The notes under the pieces were generated by a model. It was not told where the DNA came from. It made no database searches and saw only the letters and a list, made by a program, of their open reading frames with translations. This document shows, in pieces, positions 38,711-49,879 of a stretch of 64,000 nucleotides of DNA. The stretch's first letter is position 1. Each line of letters begins with the position of its first letter. Location: the NCBI GenBank assembly GCA_963724765.1, contig CAVRVY010000004.1, positions 1,216,001-1,280,000 of the forward strand. Reading direction: 5' to 3'. The position numbers were made by a program, and so were the translations under genes. This stretch comes from an uncultured delta proteobacterium. Lineage in GTDB: Bacteria; Desulfobacterota; Binatia; Binatales; Binataceae.

Positions 38711-41647
38711 ATGAAAGGACTGAGGAAGATCGTCAGGTACGTAACCCTGTTCGGCATCTGCTGCGTTGCCTTGCTGGCACCAGTGGACGACATTCAGGGA
38801 ACTGACGCCGGCACGCCACCGCCCATTGTCATCACGCAAAAAATCAGCGAAAGCGGCCTATTTGCGCTCACCGGCAACACGCGTCCAGAGGCAAACGCCG
38901 TGAACGATCGCGGTCCGGTCGCCGACAGTTTCCCGATGCAGCATTTGATGCTTCAACTAAGGCGGCCTCCCGAACGCCAGGAGGCACTTAACCGATACGT
39001 GGAGGAACTCAGCGACCCCAAGTCGCCAAACTTTCATCATTGGCTCACCGCGCAAGACCTCGGACAAAGGTACGGGCTGGCCCAAGAAGACCTTGCGACG
39101 GTCAGCGATTGGCTTCGGGCTTACGGTTTTGCGGTCAACACGGTCTATTCCAACGGTACGATCATCGATTTCTCGGGCACGGCAGGCCAAATATTCGAAG
39201 CCTTCCACACCAGGATTCACCGTCTTGAGGTGAACGGCGCGCAACATCTTGCCAACATGAGCGACCCGCAGATTCCGGCTGCGTTGGCGCCGGCAATCGT
39301 TGGGATAGTCTCACTGAATGACTTCAGGCCGCACCCGATGTACCGCCGGCGTGTCCAATATACCGTCGGGGACGGGCTTCATCTGGTTGCGCCGGCGGAT
39401 CTGGCAACTATCTACAACCTGAATCCGCTGTTTGCGGCGGGATATTCGGGTCAAGGCCAGAGGATCGTGGCTGTCGAGGATAGCGACGTATACAATACTA
39501 CGGACTGGAGCACCTTCCGCTCAAAATTTGATCTTCAGAGCGCTTTTCCTAGCGGCACGTTCACGCAGATACATCCGGCACCGGGCAGTGGCGGAACATG
39601 CCCAGATCCTGGCGTCAACGAAGACGATGCGGAGGCGATCCTCGATGCGGAATGGGCCAGTGCGGCAGCGCCCAACGCGGCTATCGAGCTGGCCTCGTGC
39701 GCGGACACCGAGACGAACTTCGGAGGGTTCATCGCGCTGCAGAACCTGCTCAGCGACGGCGGTACGCCGCCCGCTATCGTGAGCATCAGCTATGGAGAGT
39801 CCGAGAGCGTGCTAGGCTCGGCTTTCAATGCCTATATCGACGGGTTGTTTCAGCAGGCGGTCTCCGAGGGCGTATCGGTTTTCGTGTCGTCGGGCGACGA
39901 GGGCGCGGCAAGTTCTGACGCGAAGCAAAGCAGCGCAACGCACGGAATTAGCGTCAGCGGATTCACTTCCACGCCATACAACGTGTCTGTAGGTGGCACG
40001 GACTTCGGTGACACCTTCGCGGGTACTACCAGCACATACTGGGGCACGAATGGATCGAACTTCGGTTCGGCCCTGTCCTATGTTCCGGAAATTCCCTGGA
40101 ACGATTCATGCGCCAGCGAGCTGATCGCAAATTATTTTGGCTTCGCAACAACGTACGGCTCGAGCGGCTTCTGCAACAGCAGCGATGGAGTCAATCGTTT
40201 GACTACCGAGTCTGGAAGTGGAGGCCCCAGTGGTTGCGCGACCGGGGCACCCTTCACAGCGGGTGTTGTCAGTGGAACCTGTGCGGGATATGCCAAGCCC
40301 TCCTGGCAATCCGTTTTGGGGAACCCACGCGATGGGGTGCGCGATATACCTGACGTCTCGTTATTCGCCGCAAACGGGATATGGGAGCATTACTACGTGG
40401 TCTGCGACTCCGACGTCGCTCGTGGTGGGGCATCATGCGCCGGTGCTCCCAGCACGTGGTCTGGTTTCGGGGGAACTTCAATCTCGTCGCCAGTGGTCGC
40501 CGGTATTCAGGCACTGATAAATCAAAAGACCGGGAGCCGCCAGGGTAACCCGAACCCGGTCTACTACGCTCTTGCCGCTGCCGAATATGGCGCGAGCGGC
40601 GATCCGGCGTGCAACTCCACTCTCGGTAACGCGACGGCCAGCGACTGCGTCTTTTACGACGTCACACTGGGTGACATGGACGTGAACTGCACGGGCGCGG
40701 ATAACTGCTTCATACCATCGGGTACAAATGGCGTGCTCTCGACGTCCGACGCTTCGTACCAGCCGTCCTACGCGACACAGATCGGATGGGATTTTGCTAC
40801 CGGGATCGGAACGATCAATGCCAATAACCTGGCGATGGCCTTTAGTTCGGGAACTCCGACGCCGACGCCCGGCCCAACATCTACGCCAACCTCCGCGCCC
40901 ACGCCAACTTCCGCGCCCACGCCGACGTCGACACCGAAATCAACTCCGACTCCCATGCTGACACCAGCGCCAACGCCAACTCCGGTTGTCAAAGCGCTGC
41001 GCTTCGGGGCCGACCCCGTAGCCTTACCCAACACCGTATTGGGGGTAACTGGCGCCACCAGCGCATCCGTGCAGGTCCATCTTACGGATCCCGGCACCAG
41101 TCCGGCGTTTCCGATTACACTTGAAGGGATGCAGTTCGTCGGAGCCAATCCCGCTGACTTCGCGGTCCAGTCTTCGACCTGCCCGACGGTGATTACGCCG
41201 GGACTCGAGTGCTTCTTGAATCTCACCTTCACGCCGACCGGACTGGGACTGAGAACCGCCAATCTGAAGATTTTCGACAACGCGAACAACAGGCCTCAGA
41301 TCTTCCATCTCTCTGGGTACGGGGTTAGGGGCCGGCTGCCGCGCTCGCCCGCGGAGCTGCTCTTCAGAACGGTGGCGAAAGGGAGCAGCAAAACACTGCC
41401 GGTAACGCTGACCAATCCGGAGACCGTAGCCCTCGAAATTACTTCGATTGCTGTTAAGGGATTTAATGCCTCTGAGTTCACAGAGACGGACAATTGCATA
41501 GGCACGCTGGGCGCGGGCAACTCGTGCACCATCGAGGTCACCTTCACGCCGTCAGCAATAGACGCTCGGTACGCCAACGTGAAAATATTCGATGACGCCC
41601 GCCAAAGCCCGCAGGTCGTTCCGATGCGAGGCTGGGGAACAGAATAG
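38711..41647 (+). CDS. Secreted sedolisin (S53) peptidase with pro-domain, Pro/Thr linker and two Ig-like (choice-of-anchor D) domains
   Basis: Signal peptide, [12 protein letters not shown] pro-domain, [35 protein letters not shown]; (PT)n linker. Confidence 0.93.
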   Translation: MKGLRKIVRYVTLFGICCVALLAPVDDIQGTDAGTPPPIVITQKISESGLFALTGNTRPEANAVNDRGPVADSFPMQHLMLQLRRPPERQEALNRYVEELSDPKSPNFHHWLTAQDLGQRYGLAQEDLATVSDWLRAYGFAVNTVYSNGTIIDFSGTAGQIFEAFHTRIHRLEVNGAQHLANMSDPQIPAALAPAIVGIVSLNDFRPHPMYRRRVQYTVGDGLHLVAPADLATIYNLNPLFAAGYSGQGQRIVAVEDSDVYNTTDWSTFRSKFDLQSAFPSGTFTQIHPAPGSGGTCPDPGVNEDDAEAILDAEWASAAAPNAAIELASCADTETNFGGFIALQNLLSDGGTPPAIVSISYGESESVLGSAFNAYIDGLFQQAVSEGVSVFVSSGDEGAASSDAKQSSATHGISVSGFTSTPYNVSVGGTDFGDTFAGTTSTYWGTNGSNFGSALSYVPEIPWNDSCASELIANYFGFATTYGSSGFCNSSDGVNRLTTESGSGGPSGCATGAPFTAGVVSGTCAGYAKPSWQSVLGNPRDGVRDIPDVSLFAANGIWEHYYVVCDSDVARGGASCAGAPSTWSGFGGTSISSPVVAGIQALINQKTGSRQGNPNPVYYALAAAEYGASGDPACNSTLGNATASDCVFYDVTLGDMDVNCTGADNCFIPSGTNGVLSTSDASYQPSYATQIGWDFATGIGTINANNLAMAFSSGTPTPTPGPTSTPTSAPTPTSAPTPTSTPKSTPTPMLTPAPTPTPVVKALRFGADPVALPNTVLGVTGATSASVQVHLTDPGTSPAFPITLEGMQFVGANPADFAVQSSTCPTVITPGLECFLNLTFTPTGLGLRTANLKIFDNANNRPQIFHLSGYGVRGRLPRSPAELLFRTVAKGSSKTLPVTLTNPETVALEITSIAVKGFNASEFTETDNCIGTLGAGNSCTIEVTFTPSAIDARYANVKIFDDARQSPQVVPMRGWGTE

Positions 41648-41927
41648 GCCAAGCGGGGCGACTCGCGGTCTCACACGATGCTCTCCGTTGGAACGATCTC
41701 GGAGAAGAGGGCGCGCGGCGACGGTGATTTCTGTGAACGGCCCGCCGGTGGCGCACCACCGATGGCGATTTTACATGGTGCGTGAAAGGTGTAGCGCAAG
41801 CCACCTATGGAAGCGCTCTTCCCGGACTCGTCCGGAGCGGCAGCCGCGCACTTTGCAGCCGCGGCATCAACTTTTACCGCCTATCTGCCGCTTGATCGCA
41901 CCATACCCCACGGCATTACAATGACGC

Positions 41928-42674
41928 ATGACGGCTGTCACGCAGATCCGCCGCCCGCAGATACTCCGCGCCCAGATATTCCGCGCCCAGATATTCCGAT
42001 CGACGAAACGCTTCGGGGTCCTGTTGGTGCTGGCGATGGCAGGATGCGGATTCGCCTCGGCGCCGCTCAAAGACACGCCACAGATCGTGGCCACGCCGCA
42101 GCAGGGCCAGCTCAACGTGACCACCCAGCCTGGCACTCCGATCGGTGACGTGCAGCCAGTCTACGTCTCGGTCGCCAATGGCAGCGACGTGCCGCGTTCG
42201 ATCGTGCCGAGCCAGATTTTCGCGCTCAACAACTCCGGCGCGCGAGTCGCGCCACTGCCGCCGGGCGAGGCGGCGCGCGAGGCCGGCGGCTCGGGCGAGC
42301 TCAAGGCTGCACTGACCAGCGGCGCGGTGGGCGGAGTTGCCGAGGGCGCACTGGGCGCAGGCCTCGGAGCGATCGTGGGATCAGTGGTGAACGGATTCGC
42401 GGGCTTCAGCGGCCCCGCGAGCGGCGCGATAGTCGGTGGCGCGTTGGGCGGCGGCGCGGGAATCGTTAACGGGGTGCAGCGCGGCTCCGACAAGGCCGAC
42501 CAGCAAGCCAACGCGCAGCTCCAGGCGCTGGCACTGCAGGGCGGCGAGATCCGGCACGATTTCACAGTCAGCGGCTACGTATTTTTCCCCAAGGGCAGCT
42601 ATCACGAGATGGAGTTTCTGCTGGTCAACCAGGAGACCGGCGACACTGAAGTGATGCGCGAGCCCTGGCGCTAG
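41928..42674 (+). CDS. Putative lipoprotein with a glycine-zipper segment
   Basis: Lipobox LAMAGC; GAVGG...GAIVGGALGGGAG; GYVFFP. Confidence 0.75.
   Translation: MTAVTQIRRPQILRAQIFRAQIFRSTKRFGVLLVLAMAGCGFASAPLKDTPQIVATPQQGQLNVTTQPGTPIGDVQPVYVSVANGSDVPRSIVPSQIFALNNSGARVAPLPPGEAAREAGGSGELKAALTSGAVGGVAEGALGAGLGAIVGSVVNGFAGFSGPASGAIVGGALGGGAGIVNGVQRGSDKADQQANAQLQALALQGGEIRHDFTVSGYVFFPKGSYHEMEFLLVNQETGDTEVMREPWR
41943..41998 (+). repeat. 15-bp tandem repeat (~3.7 copies, cagatattccgcgcc)
   Basis: Units at 41943, 41958, 41973, 41988. Confidence 0.85.
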
Positions 42675-42707
42675 TCAGTCTGCCGCGGCTCATCCGAGCG
42701 AGACTGA

Positions 42708-42935
42708 CTACTTCTTTTTCTCCGCGCCGGCGGCGAGTTCGTCGAGCGCCTGGTTGACGAAGTATCGCTGCGCGGGGTCGCGATCATCCAGTTCGGACTT
42801 GCGCCGCGCGGTCCATTCGGCAATCGCGATCACCGCGGCTTCCTCGGCGCTCGAGATGCCGAGCGCATCGGCAATTTCCCGCAGTCCCGCCCATAGCTCG
42901 TCGGGCAACTCGACCTTTATCGCCTTGCCAGCCAT
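42708..42935 (-). CDS. Small hypothetical protein, ribbon-helix-helix-like
   Basis: IKVELPDELW..LREIA pattern. Confidence 0.6.
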   Translation of the reverse strand: MAGKAIKVELPDELWAGLREIADALGISSAEEAAVIAIAEWTARRKSELDDRDPAQRYFVNQALDELAAGAEKKK

Positions 42936-43022
42936 CGCTCGCGTCCTTACTGCGTCCTCATATTTTGGATGCTCTCATACGGCCGCTCTAACTTCGAGCG
43001 TCAAAACCGTCCGCAAGAAAGG

Positions 43023-44762
43023 CTAGAGGCTGGTGGCCGCGAGGCGGCGGGCGCCGCGCCATAGCACCACGACGATCGCGGACATCATTAGCACGACGAT
43101 CGCCACGCCCTGGCGGATTTGCAGAAACGGCTGCAGCACCGCGAGCAGCAGCAGCCCGGCGCAGATCATAATCGCGAGTTGCAGGATTTCCATCATCACG
43201 CTTCGCTCCCAATCCTGCAGCGTGCCGCGGGCGGCGGGCAGGCGATGGTCCGCGAGCCGCGCCGCGAGCTGGCGCGCGCCGAAGAGCATCGCGGCCATTC
43301 CGATCACCGCTACTGCGAGCGCCAGAAGGTCGGCCGCCGTGGCGGCGTGCGCCGACGCAATTCCGTGGACGACTATGATTTTCTCGATCGGACGCCCCGC
43401 TACATCGAGAGCGATCACCACCGCGGCGACGCAAAGCGCTCCCGCAATCATGAAGAAAACCGGCGCCGCGACCCCCGGCAGGCCATCCGTAGCACCGCGC
43501 CCGGCGTTAACCCGCTCGACCCATCCGTCATAGACGCGCTGCAGGCGCGCCAGAGCATGCGGCGCGCGGCGCTCGACCATCCCACCGACCGGTTCGCAGG
43601 CGCGAATCATGAATGGCGTGGTGAAGGTGGTGATCGCGGACACGGCGACGGCCACCGTGTAGAGGAAGCTGTCGGCTGCGCCGGTCGAAACCCCGACGCC
43701 GGCGATAATAAACGAGAACTCGCCAATCTGGGCGAGGCTCAAGCCGGTCTGGATGGCAAGCGCCGCCGACGTCCCGGCCAGCATCGCGCCCAGCGTGACA
43801 CCGACGGTCTTGCCGACAATCAGGACGCCGACCAGGAGCGCGAGCGCATGCCAATGCGCCGCGATAAGCTGCGGGTCGATCAACATCCCGACCGAGACGA
43901 AGAACACTGCCGCGAAGGTATCGCGCAGCGGCCGGATCAGCTCGGCAAGGCGCTCGGCCTCGCCCGACTCCGCCACCAGCGAGCCGGCCAGGAAGGCGCC
44001 GAGCGCAACCGAATAGCCGGCGCGCTCGGCCTCCATCGCGAGCGCAAAGCAGATCCCGAGGCTGGCGACGACCAGCGTCTCATCGCGGCCGATACGCACG
44101 ACGAACCGCACCAGCGGCGGTATCAGCAGAATTCCGCCGCCGACGGTCACGAGCAGATATATCGCCAGGCGCGCGCCGGTCCATTCGAGCGCGCCGGCGT
44201 TGAGCTCCGCACCCGCGCCAAGCGGCGTCAGCACCGCCAGCATGATCACCGCGACCAGGTCCTCGCATAGCAACACGCCCAGGGCGAGTTCACGCAGGCT
44301 GGCGCCGACTTGCTGTTCGGCGAATGCCTTGGCCACGATCGTGGTGGAGGAGATCGAGATCAGCGCGCCGGTAAAAATGCTCTCGAGTTCGCTCCATCCC
44401 AGCGCACGTCCGCAGATGTAGCCGAGCCAAAGCATCAGGCCGACCTGGACGGCCGTGATGAAGGCGGCGCGCGGACCCAGGCGCAACAGGCGACGGATGC
44501 TGAACTCCAGCCCGAGCGCGAACATCAGCAGGATCACACCCAACTCGGAAACCCCATGAAGGCGGCTCGCGTCCACGAGTATTCCGGGCGTGTAGGGCCC
44601 GACGATCATCCCGGCGACCAGGTAGCCGACCACCACCGGCTGGCGCAACCTATGGAAGATGACCGTGGTGACCGCCGCCACGCACAACACCAGCGCCAAA
44701 TCCTCGAGAAAGGAGTTCGCAACCAGGGTCGGGATTGTCACCACGTCGTCTCCAACAACCAC
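43023..44762 (-). CDS. CPA2-family cation:proton antiporter
   Basis: GYLVAGMIVGP, ELGVILLMFALGLEFS, SSTTIV, LGAFLAG, FFVSVG, QIGEFSFII. Confidence 0.93.
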   Translation of the reverse strand: MVVGDDVVTIPTLVANSFLEDLALVLCVAAVTTVIFHRLRQPVVVGYLVAGMIVGPYTPGILVDASRLHGVSELGVILLMFALGLEFSIRRLLRLGPRAAFITAVQVGLMLWLGYICGRALGWSELESIFTGALISISSTTIVAKAFAEQQVGASLRELALGVLLCEDLVAVIMLAVLTPLGAGAELNAGALEWTGARLAIYLLVTVGGGILLIPPLVRFVVRIGRDETLVVASLGICFALAMEAERAGYSVALGAFLAGSLVAESGEAERLAELIRPLRDTFAAVFFVSVGMLIDPQLIAAHWHALALLVGVLIVGKTVGVTLGAMLAGTSAALAIQTGLSLAQIGEFSFIIAGVGVSTGAADSFLYTVAVAVSAITTFTTPFMIRACEPVGGMVERRAPHALARLQRVYDGWVERVNAGRGATDGLPGVAAPVFFMIAGALCVAAVVIALDVAGRPIEKIIVVHGIASAHAATAADLLALAVAVIGMAAMLFGARQLAARLADHRLPAARGTLQDWERSVMMEILQLAIMICAGLLLLAVLQPFLQIRQGVAIVVLMMSAIVVVLWRGARRLAATSL

Positions 44763-44848
44763 CTCTTCCGATCCTTGCGCCAGGCAAAGCCGCGCGCCGG
44801 CTTTGCATATGGTCTTCGCTCGCGGTGGCCGTCACAATAGGGAGACCC

Positions 44849-46822
44849 GTGAATTCAGCAGTAAAATACACAGGCTCGCTGGTCGAGTATCTTGACCACG
44901 GCGGCCTCCATGCAGGCTTCGTGGTGCGCGAACAAGGCGACAAACTCGTGATCCGCGACCACACCGGGCATGAACGCACTATCGCGCGTGAGCTTATCAT
45001 GATGCGCCATGGCGCCCGCACCGAGGGCGAGGGCGACCCCGGCGCGCAAATCGCGGCGCTGGAGGAAGAGAAGGCCACGCTGCGCGCCGAGCTCGACCTC
45101 ACGCTGCTGTGGGAAGTTGTGCAAGAGCAGGGCCGCGCGTTCAGCGCCGAGGACCTGGCAGAGTTGTTCTTCGGCCGCCGCTCGAGCGCAGGCGCCGCAG
45201 TGATGTTGGAGGCGCTGATCGCCGACCGCATCTACTTTGTCCGCCGCAACCGCGAATTCATGGTGCGCAGTCCCGAGCAGGTCGAGCGGCTGCGCATCCA
45301 GGAGAGCCGGGTGCGGATGCGCAGCGAGGAGGGGCGCCGCACGCGCGATCTCTTGAATGCGATCATCGCGAACGACACTCGCATCAACGGCATCCTTTCG
45401 TCACCTGACGAAGCCGCGCCGCTGATTGCCGAATTGCAACGTTATCTCAAAAATCCCTCCACCCGCAGCCAGGAACTGACCTTGATGCTCGGGCAGGCCG
45501 CGCCCGACGTTGATCCGGTCGAAGCGGCTTTTGAAGTTCTCGAGCGCCTGGGCTCAGCACCAGCGGCTCCACGGTTCGCCGCTGTCGGCGCCCTTGCGAC
45601 CGAGTTCAGCGAGGCGGCGCAGGTAGAAGCGGCCACGGTCGTGCCGATGGAACGCGCGGCAATTGACGTGCCAGTCGCGTTCACCATCGACGACGAGGAG
45701 ACGCTCGAAGTCGACGACGCACTCAGTTGCGAAGTGACTGCCGACGGCCAGTTGCGGGTCGGGATTCATATCGCGCTGGTCGCGGATTTCGTCGCGCGCG
45801 GCGGTGCGATGGATCGCGAGGCGGCCGCGCGCGCCACCACCGTGTATTTGCCGGAAACGACGGTAAGGATGCTCCCCGATGAAATTTGTTGTCGGCGGGC
45901 GAGCCTGACCGCCGGCGAGCAGCGCCCGGTGCTGAGCACGTCGGTACTGCTGGGTCCGCACGGCGAATTGCTCAGTAGCCTTATCAGTCCGCGCAATCTC
46001 AGGATCGGCAAGCGGCTCAGCTACGCGCAGGCGGACCGCATCCTTGGCGGCACCGAGGCGGCCGAGGACGAGGTGGCGACGGCTTTGCGGCGGCTGTACG
46101 AGGCGGCGCTCGAGCTTCGCGAGCAGCGCAAGCGGGCGGGGGCGATCCTGGTACAGCGGCGCGAGCCGAAGGTGCGGGTGCGTGGGGACGAGATCGAAAT
46201 CGAAATAATCGACAGCAACAACTCGCCCAGCCGTCTGCTGGTCGCGGAGTTCATGGTGTTGAACAATTTCGTAGCGGCGAGCTACGCCGCCGAACATCGT
46301 ATCCCGATCATTTACCGAGTGCAGCCGGCAGCGGTCGATACGGGCGCGGTGCGAGCGCGTTTGTCAGTATATCCCGAGTACCATGCCGGAACGGGGCTGC
46401 GATGTTACGCGCAACTCAGCTCGCCCATCCGGCGCTATGCGGACCTGGTATTGCAGCGTCAACTGGTGAGTGCGCTGGCGGACTCGTCGGTTCCGCCCTA
46501 CGACGCCGACGGGATACTCGCCGTGCTCGCGAATACAGAGAATGCTGAGGCGGAGGCCAAGGAACTGGAGCGTCGTGCGCGGCGCTACTGGACTTTACGC
46601 TACTTGCAGCGCCATGCGGTTGGCCGCGAGCTCGGGGCCACTGTCACTCGCGACGGCGTGAGCGCCGAGCTCGACGACTATGCCGTGCGTGGCGCTCTGC
46701 GCGGCGCACCTAACGTCTCGAGTCAGACTCAGATACGGGTCCGTATTGCACGGGTTGACCCGCTACGCGGCTGGCTCTCGTTCGACTATCTCGCAACGGT
46801 GCCGAAACCCGTCGCTTCCTAG
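44849..46822 (+). CDS. RNase II/RNB-domain exoribonuclease
   Basis: TIDDEETLEVDDALS, IHIA, TTVYLP, VAEFMVL, SSPIRRYADL. Confidence 0.92.
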   Translation: MNSAVKYTGSLVEYLDHGGLHAGFVVREQGDKLVIRDHTGHERTIARELIMMRHGARTEGEGDPGAQIAALEEEKATLRAELDLTLLWEVVQEQGRAFSAEDLAELFFGRRSSAGAAVMLEALIADRIYFVRRNREFMVRSPEQVERLRIQESRVRMRSEEGRRTRDLLNAIIANDTRINGILSSPDEAAPLIAELQRYLKNPSTRSQELTLMLGQAAPDVDPVEAAFEVLERLGSAPAAPRFAAVGALATEFSEAAQVEAATVVPMERAAIDVPVAFTIDDEETLEVDDALSCEVTADGQLRVGIHIALVADFVARGGAMDREAAARATTVYLPETTVRMLPDEICCRRASLTAGEQRPVLSTSVLLGPHGELLSSLISPRNLRIGKRLSYAQADRILGGTEAAEDEVATALRRLYEAALELREQRKRAGAILVQRREPKVRVRGDEIEIEIIDSNNSPSRLLVAEFMVLNNFVAASYAAEHRIPIIYRVQPAAVDTGAVRARLSVYPEYHAGTGLRCYAQLSSPIRRYADLVLQRQLVSALADSSVPPYDADGILAVLANTENAEAEAKELERRARRYWTLRYLQRHAVGRELGATVTRDGVSAELDDYAVRGALRGAPNVSSQTQIRVRIARVDPLRGWLSFDYLATVPKPVAS

Positions 46823-46889
46823 CTTTCCCTAGCCTTGCTCCAGCTTACCTTCCTGGAGCATTCTTGCGACCTTAGACCCTCTCGGCGCT

Positions 46890-46996
46890 GGAAACCCTGG
46901 CCTTGGAAAACTCTGGTCTCGGAAAACTCCGGCCTTGGAAACGCCCGCCCTGGAAACACGCGCCCCGGAAACGCTGGTCCCAGAAACTTGCCTAAG
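46890..46996. repeat. Intergenic array of 7 degenerate 15-16-bp units with a GGAAA core
   Basis: GGAAA at 46890, 46905, 46921, 46937, 46952, 46967 and AGAAA at 46982. Confidence 0.8.
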
Positions 46997-47068
46997 GATT
47001 CGTCGGACCGCGACTAGCCTCCGGCACTTCGCGCATCGCAGCTCCGCGCCGGCTCCGAGTCGGTTTGG

Positions 47069-47094
47069 AAAAAAGGGCCGCGCCGGCGCGGCCC
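47069..47094 (-). terminator. Rho-independent terminator
   Basis: Minus strand gggccgcg-ccgg-cgcggccc followed by tttttt, downstream of the HTH gene. Confidence 0.8.
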
Positions 47095-47123
47095 CAGCCT
47101 GAAAAGCGCTCCGTCGCTCGAAC

Positions 47124-47318
47124 TCAGCCCTTGAAGTTGTCCTGCTGCAAGCGCCAGCGATCGATCGACTCGATGTTGAAGCGCCAATCGCTACCTACCT
47201 TGAAGGCCGGCAGCCCTCCACGCTTGAGCTGACGATAAACGGTCGACGGATGTACTTTAAGGTAGTCCGACAGTTCTTTAACTGTCATTACTCTGCTGCT
47301 TTCCAGTTTCATTGCCAT
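47124..47318 (-). CDS. Excisionase-family HTH DNA-binding protein
   Basis: MTVKELSDYLKVHPSTVYR..KRGGLPAFKVGSDWRF. Confidence 0.92.
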   Translation of the reverse strand: MAMKLESSRVMTVKELSDYLKVHPSTVYRQLKRGGLPAFKVGSDWRFNIESIDRWRLQQDNFKG

Positions 47319-47393
47319 GGTAACCTCTCCCCTGTCTCTCGCTAATACGTCTTATCCTTGCCCGGCCGCTACGCCCCGGCCACCACGGCATAA

Positions 47394-47409
47394 AGCAAGG
47401 CGTGTGCCG
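47394..47409 (-). promoter_or_regulatory. Putative sigma54 (-24/-12) promoter
   Basis: Minus strand CGGCAC-ACGCC-TTGCT (GG-N10-GC) with an AT-rich tract upstream. Confidence 0.65.
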
Positions 47410-47666
47410 TAAGCCATAGAAAAGGGAATCGAGCCTAATAAGATGAAAATGAGGGTAAACTTAATGAATAAAGCGTCAACAATTTGCCGACCGGTATGAA
47501 AGTGCCGGTCAAGCTTTCGCCGCACCGATGCAAGATTGACCACGGCTTGTTTCATTCATGCAATACCCACCGGGCTTATAGTTTACCCTTTAGGTGGGAC
47601 GTGAGCCACTCTTTCGGCCGGAAACGAACCACGTTATAAATTTAGCCCCGCCAGCCCAGCCGTCCG

Positions 47667-48509
47667 CTAAACCTTGCCGATCAGTTCGCGCGCGCACTCG
47701 CCTACAAAACGTATCACGCCCGCGGCGTCGTTTTGGCGATGCAACAGGATCAGGCGATGCACGCCGGCCTCGGCAAAGCGGCGCGCTTCGTCGCGATCGA
47801 TCCGGCGGCTTGGCGTCACGCTTATCTCTATCTCCTCGAAGCGTCGTCCGGTTTCCTTGCACGCGGCCTTGAGTCCTTCGACGTGCCGTTTAGTGGTCTC
47901 AAGATCGAGCGCGAAGCCGTACCATCCGCTGGCCAGGCGCGCGGCGCGCGAAAATGCCTCTTTGGTGTGGCCGCCGAACACGATCTCCGGATGGGGTTTC
48001 TGCACCGGACGCGGCATCGCGTTGACGCCACCGAAGGAGACGAAGCGGCCGCGGAATTCCGGCTTGTCCATCGTCCATAGCGCGATCATCGCCCGCAGGA
48101 ATTCCTCGCTGCGCGCGCCCTTATGGTCGAAGGGAGCGCCGATCGCCTCGAACTCGGGTTTGAGATAGCCGACGCCGATGCCGAAGATCAGGCGCCCACC
48201 GGCGAGCACGTCGGTCGAGGCGAGTTCCTTGGCCAGCACGACCGGATTGCGCTGCGGCAGAATGATGATCCCGGTACCGAGCCGGATGGTCCTGGTGTGC
48301 GCGGCGACGAAGGCCAGCGCGACGAGCGAGTCGATGAATGGAGTCTCAGGCGGCGCTGGCGAGGGCGGCGCCTGCGGATCGGGCAGCACGATATGCTCGC
48401 CGGTCCAGAGACTCTCGAACCCGGCCGCTTCGGCGGCGCGCGCGACTTCGCTCGCCGCCTGCGGATCGGCGCACGGGCCATAGTTGATTCCGAACAGCGC
48501 TATCTTCAT
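47667..48509 (-). CDS. LLM-class F420-dependent oxidoreductase
   Basis: GFESLWTGEH, LGTGIIILPQRNP, GGRLIFGIGVGY, PRPVQKPHP. Confidence 0.9.
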   Translation of the reverse strand: MKIALFGINYGPCADPQAASEVARAAEAAGFESLWTGEHIVLPDPQAPPSPAPPETPFIDSLVALAFVAAHTRTIRLGTGIIILPQRNPVVLAKELASTDVLAGGRLIFGIGVGYLKPEFEAIGAPFDHKGARSEEFLRAMIALWTMDKPEFRGRFVSFGGVNAMPRPVQKPHPEIVFGGHTKEAFSRAARLASGWYGFALDLETTKRHVEGLKAACKETGRRFEEIEISVTPSRRIDRDEARRFAEAGVHRLILLHRQNDAAGVIRFVGECARELIGKV

Positions 48510-48613
48510 GGTAGGCAGAACTAGCACGAAGCGATGCACACGGAAATCCGGCGGCGGCCGACGATCGAACGGCGCGAGCGGTGCGGGATCGCCGGTGCAA
48601 CAGGAAACACAAG

Positions 48614-49153
48614 ATGAGATGTCCGCAATGTGGATCCGACTCGGCCCCCAACGCGCAATTCTGCGCGCGATGCGGCACGCGCCTTTACGAGCCTAAGCCG
48701 GCGGACAAGCGCGAGTATGCACTGATGCGGGTGCATCCGGCCTGGTGGCACTTCATCGGCGCGATTCTTTTTTCCTGCGTCCTTATAGTGGTGGGGTTTG
48801 CCGTGCGCTTCATTTACGTGAACGGATGGAGCGTCAGTCTGCTGCTGTTCGCGATCGGAGTGGCGGAGCTATTCTCGATCGTATTGCGCCGGCACTTCAT
48901 CTCGTGGAGCGTCACCTCGGAGCGGGTGATCGAGAACAAAGGCATCCTCGCCAGGCATCGGCGCGAAATGGAACTCGCTGACGTTCGCTCGGTGGATGTC
49001 GAGCGACGGTTCATGCAGCGCGCGATGGGTCTTGGGAACATCATTATCGCATCGGCGGCAAGCGCCGACTACGCGATCAAGCTTTACGATGTCCCCGACC
49101 CCGAAGGCGTGGCCGAAACGCTGCGCCGCGCGCGGCTGAAGCGCCTGGCGTAA
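48614..49153 (+). CDS. Zn-ribbon plus bacterial PH-domain membrane protein
   Basis: CPQC...CARC, two TM helices, VTSERVI..GIL, QRAMGLGNI. Confidence 0.85.
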   Translation: MRCPQCGSDSAPNAQFCARCGTRLYEPKPADKREYALMRVHPAWWHFIGAILFSCVLIVVGFAVRFIYVNGWSVSLLLFAIGVAELFSIVLRRHFISWSVTSERVIENKGILARHRREMELADVRSVDVERRFMQRAMGLGNIIIASAASADYAIKLYDVPDPEGVAETLRRARLKRLA

Positions 49154-49222
49154 AGTTTGACCTCTATCGAGCGCGCGCCGATAATCGGCGCATCAACCCG
49201 CACGAGGCGCGCGGGGAGGGGA

Positions 49223-49879
49223 ATGGGCGGCGCGATGACAAAGCATCCGGATCTCCGCTACGAGCGCAAGCTCTGGCGCAGCGGCGTGGAAGTGGTGGCG
49301 GGCGTCGACGAGGCCGGGGTTGGCCCGATGGCGGGGCCGGTGGTCGCCGCCGCGGTCATCTTCGCTCCCGAAACTTTCATCAAAGGCGTTCACGACTCCA
49401 AGCAGCTGGTGTCCGAGCGGCGCGCAGAGCTTTACGATCAGATAATTGCGCGCGCGCTCGCCTGGGCGGTCGGCGTGGCCGATCCGCTCGAGATCGATCG
49501 GCTGAACATCTACTGGGCGACGCGCGAGGCCAGCCTGCGCGCGCTGGCCGGCCTGGGACGCACGCCGGGCCACGTGCTGGTCGACGGACGCGGGATCGCG
49601 GATCTCGAGCATCCGCAGACCCCGATCGTCGGCGGCGACCGCAAGAGCTTCTGTATCGCGGCCGCCTCGATTCTGGCCAAGGTGACGCGCGACCGCATGA
49701 TGTGCGAGTACGACGCGCGTTTTCCCGGCTACGGTTTCGCGCAACACAAGGGATATTGCACGCCCGAGCATTTCACGGCGCTCCGCGCGCTCGGACCTTC
49801 GCCGATCCATCGCCGCTCGTTCGCGCCCGTCTTCGAGTCCGCGCAGCTTGCCCTGGCTATCTGCGATTTACGATCCTGA
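49223..49879 (+). CDS. rnhB: Ribonuclease HII
   Basis: GVDEAGVGPMAGPVV, DSKQL, VDG, IAAASILAKVTRD, HKGY, HRRSF; start uncertain (49223 or 49235). Confidence 0.96.
   Translation: MGGAMTKHPDLRYERKLWRSGVEVVAGVDEAGVGPMAGPVVAAAVIFAPETFIKGVHDSKQLVSERRAELYDQIIARALAWAVGVADPLEIDRLNIYWATREASLRALAGLGRTPGHVLVDGRGIADLEHPQTPIVGGDRKSFCIAAASILAKVTRDRMMCEYDARFPGYGFAQHKGYCTPEHFTALRALGPSPIHRRSFAPVFESAQLALAICDLRS

Noticed and set aside
40854-40985. Repeats inside the sedolisin gene
   Set aside because: Ordinary Pro/Thr linker coding repeats.
46890-46996. Possible CRISPR array
   Set aside because: Units are 15-16 bp with a 5-bp core; no 23-50-bp repeats with unique spacers and no cas genes.
47124-47318. Excisionase marking a second mobile element
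   Set aside because: No integrase or att repeats nearby; it has its own promoter and terminator and looks like a stand-alone regulator.
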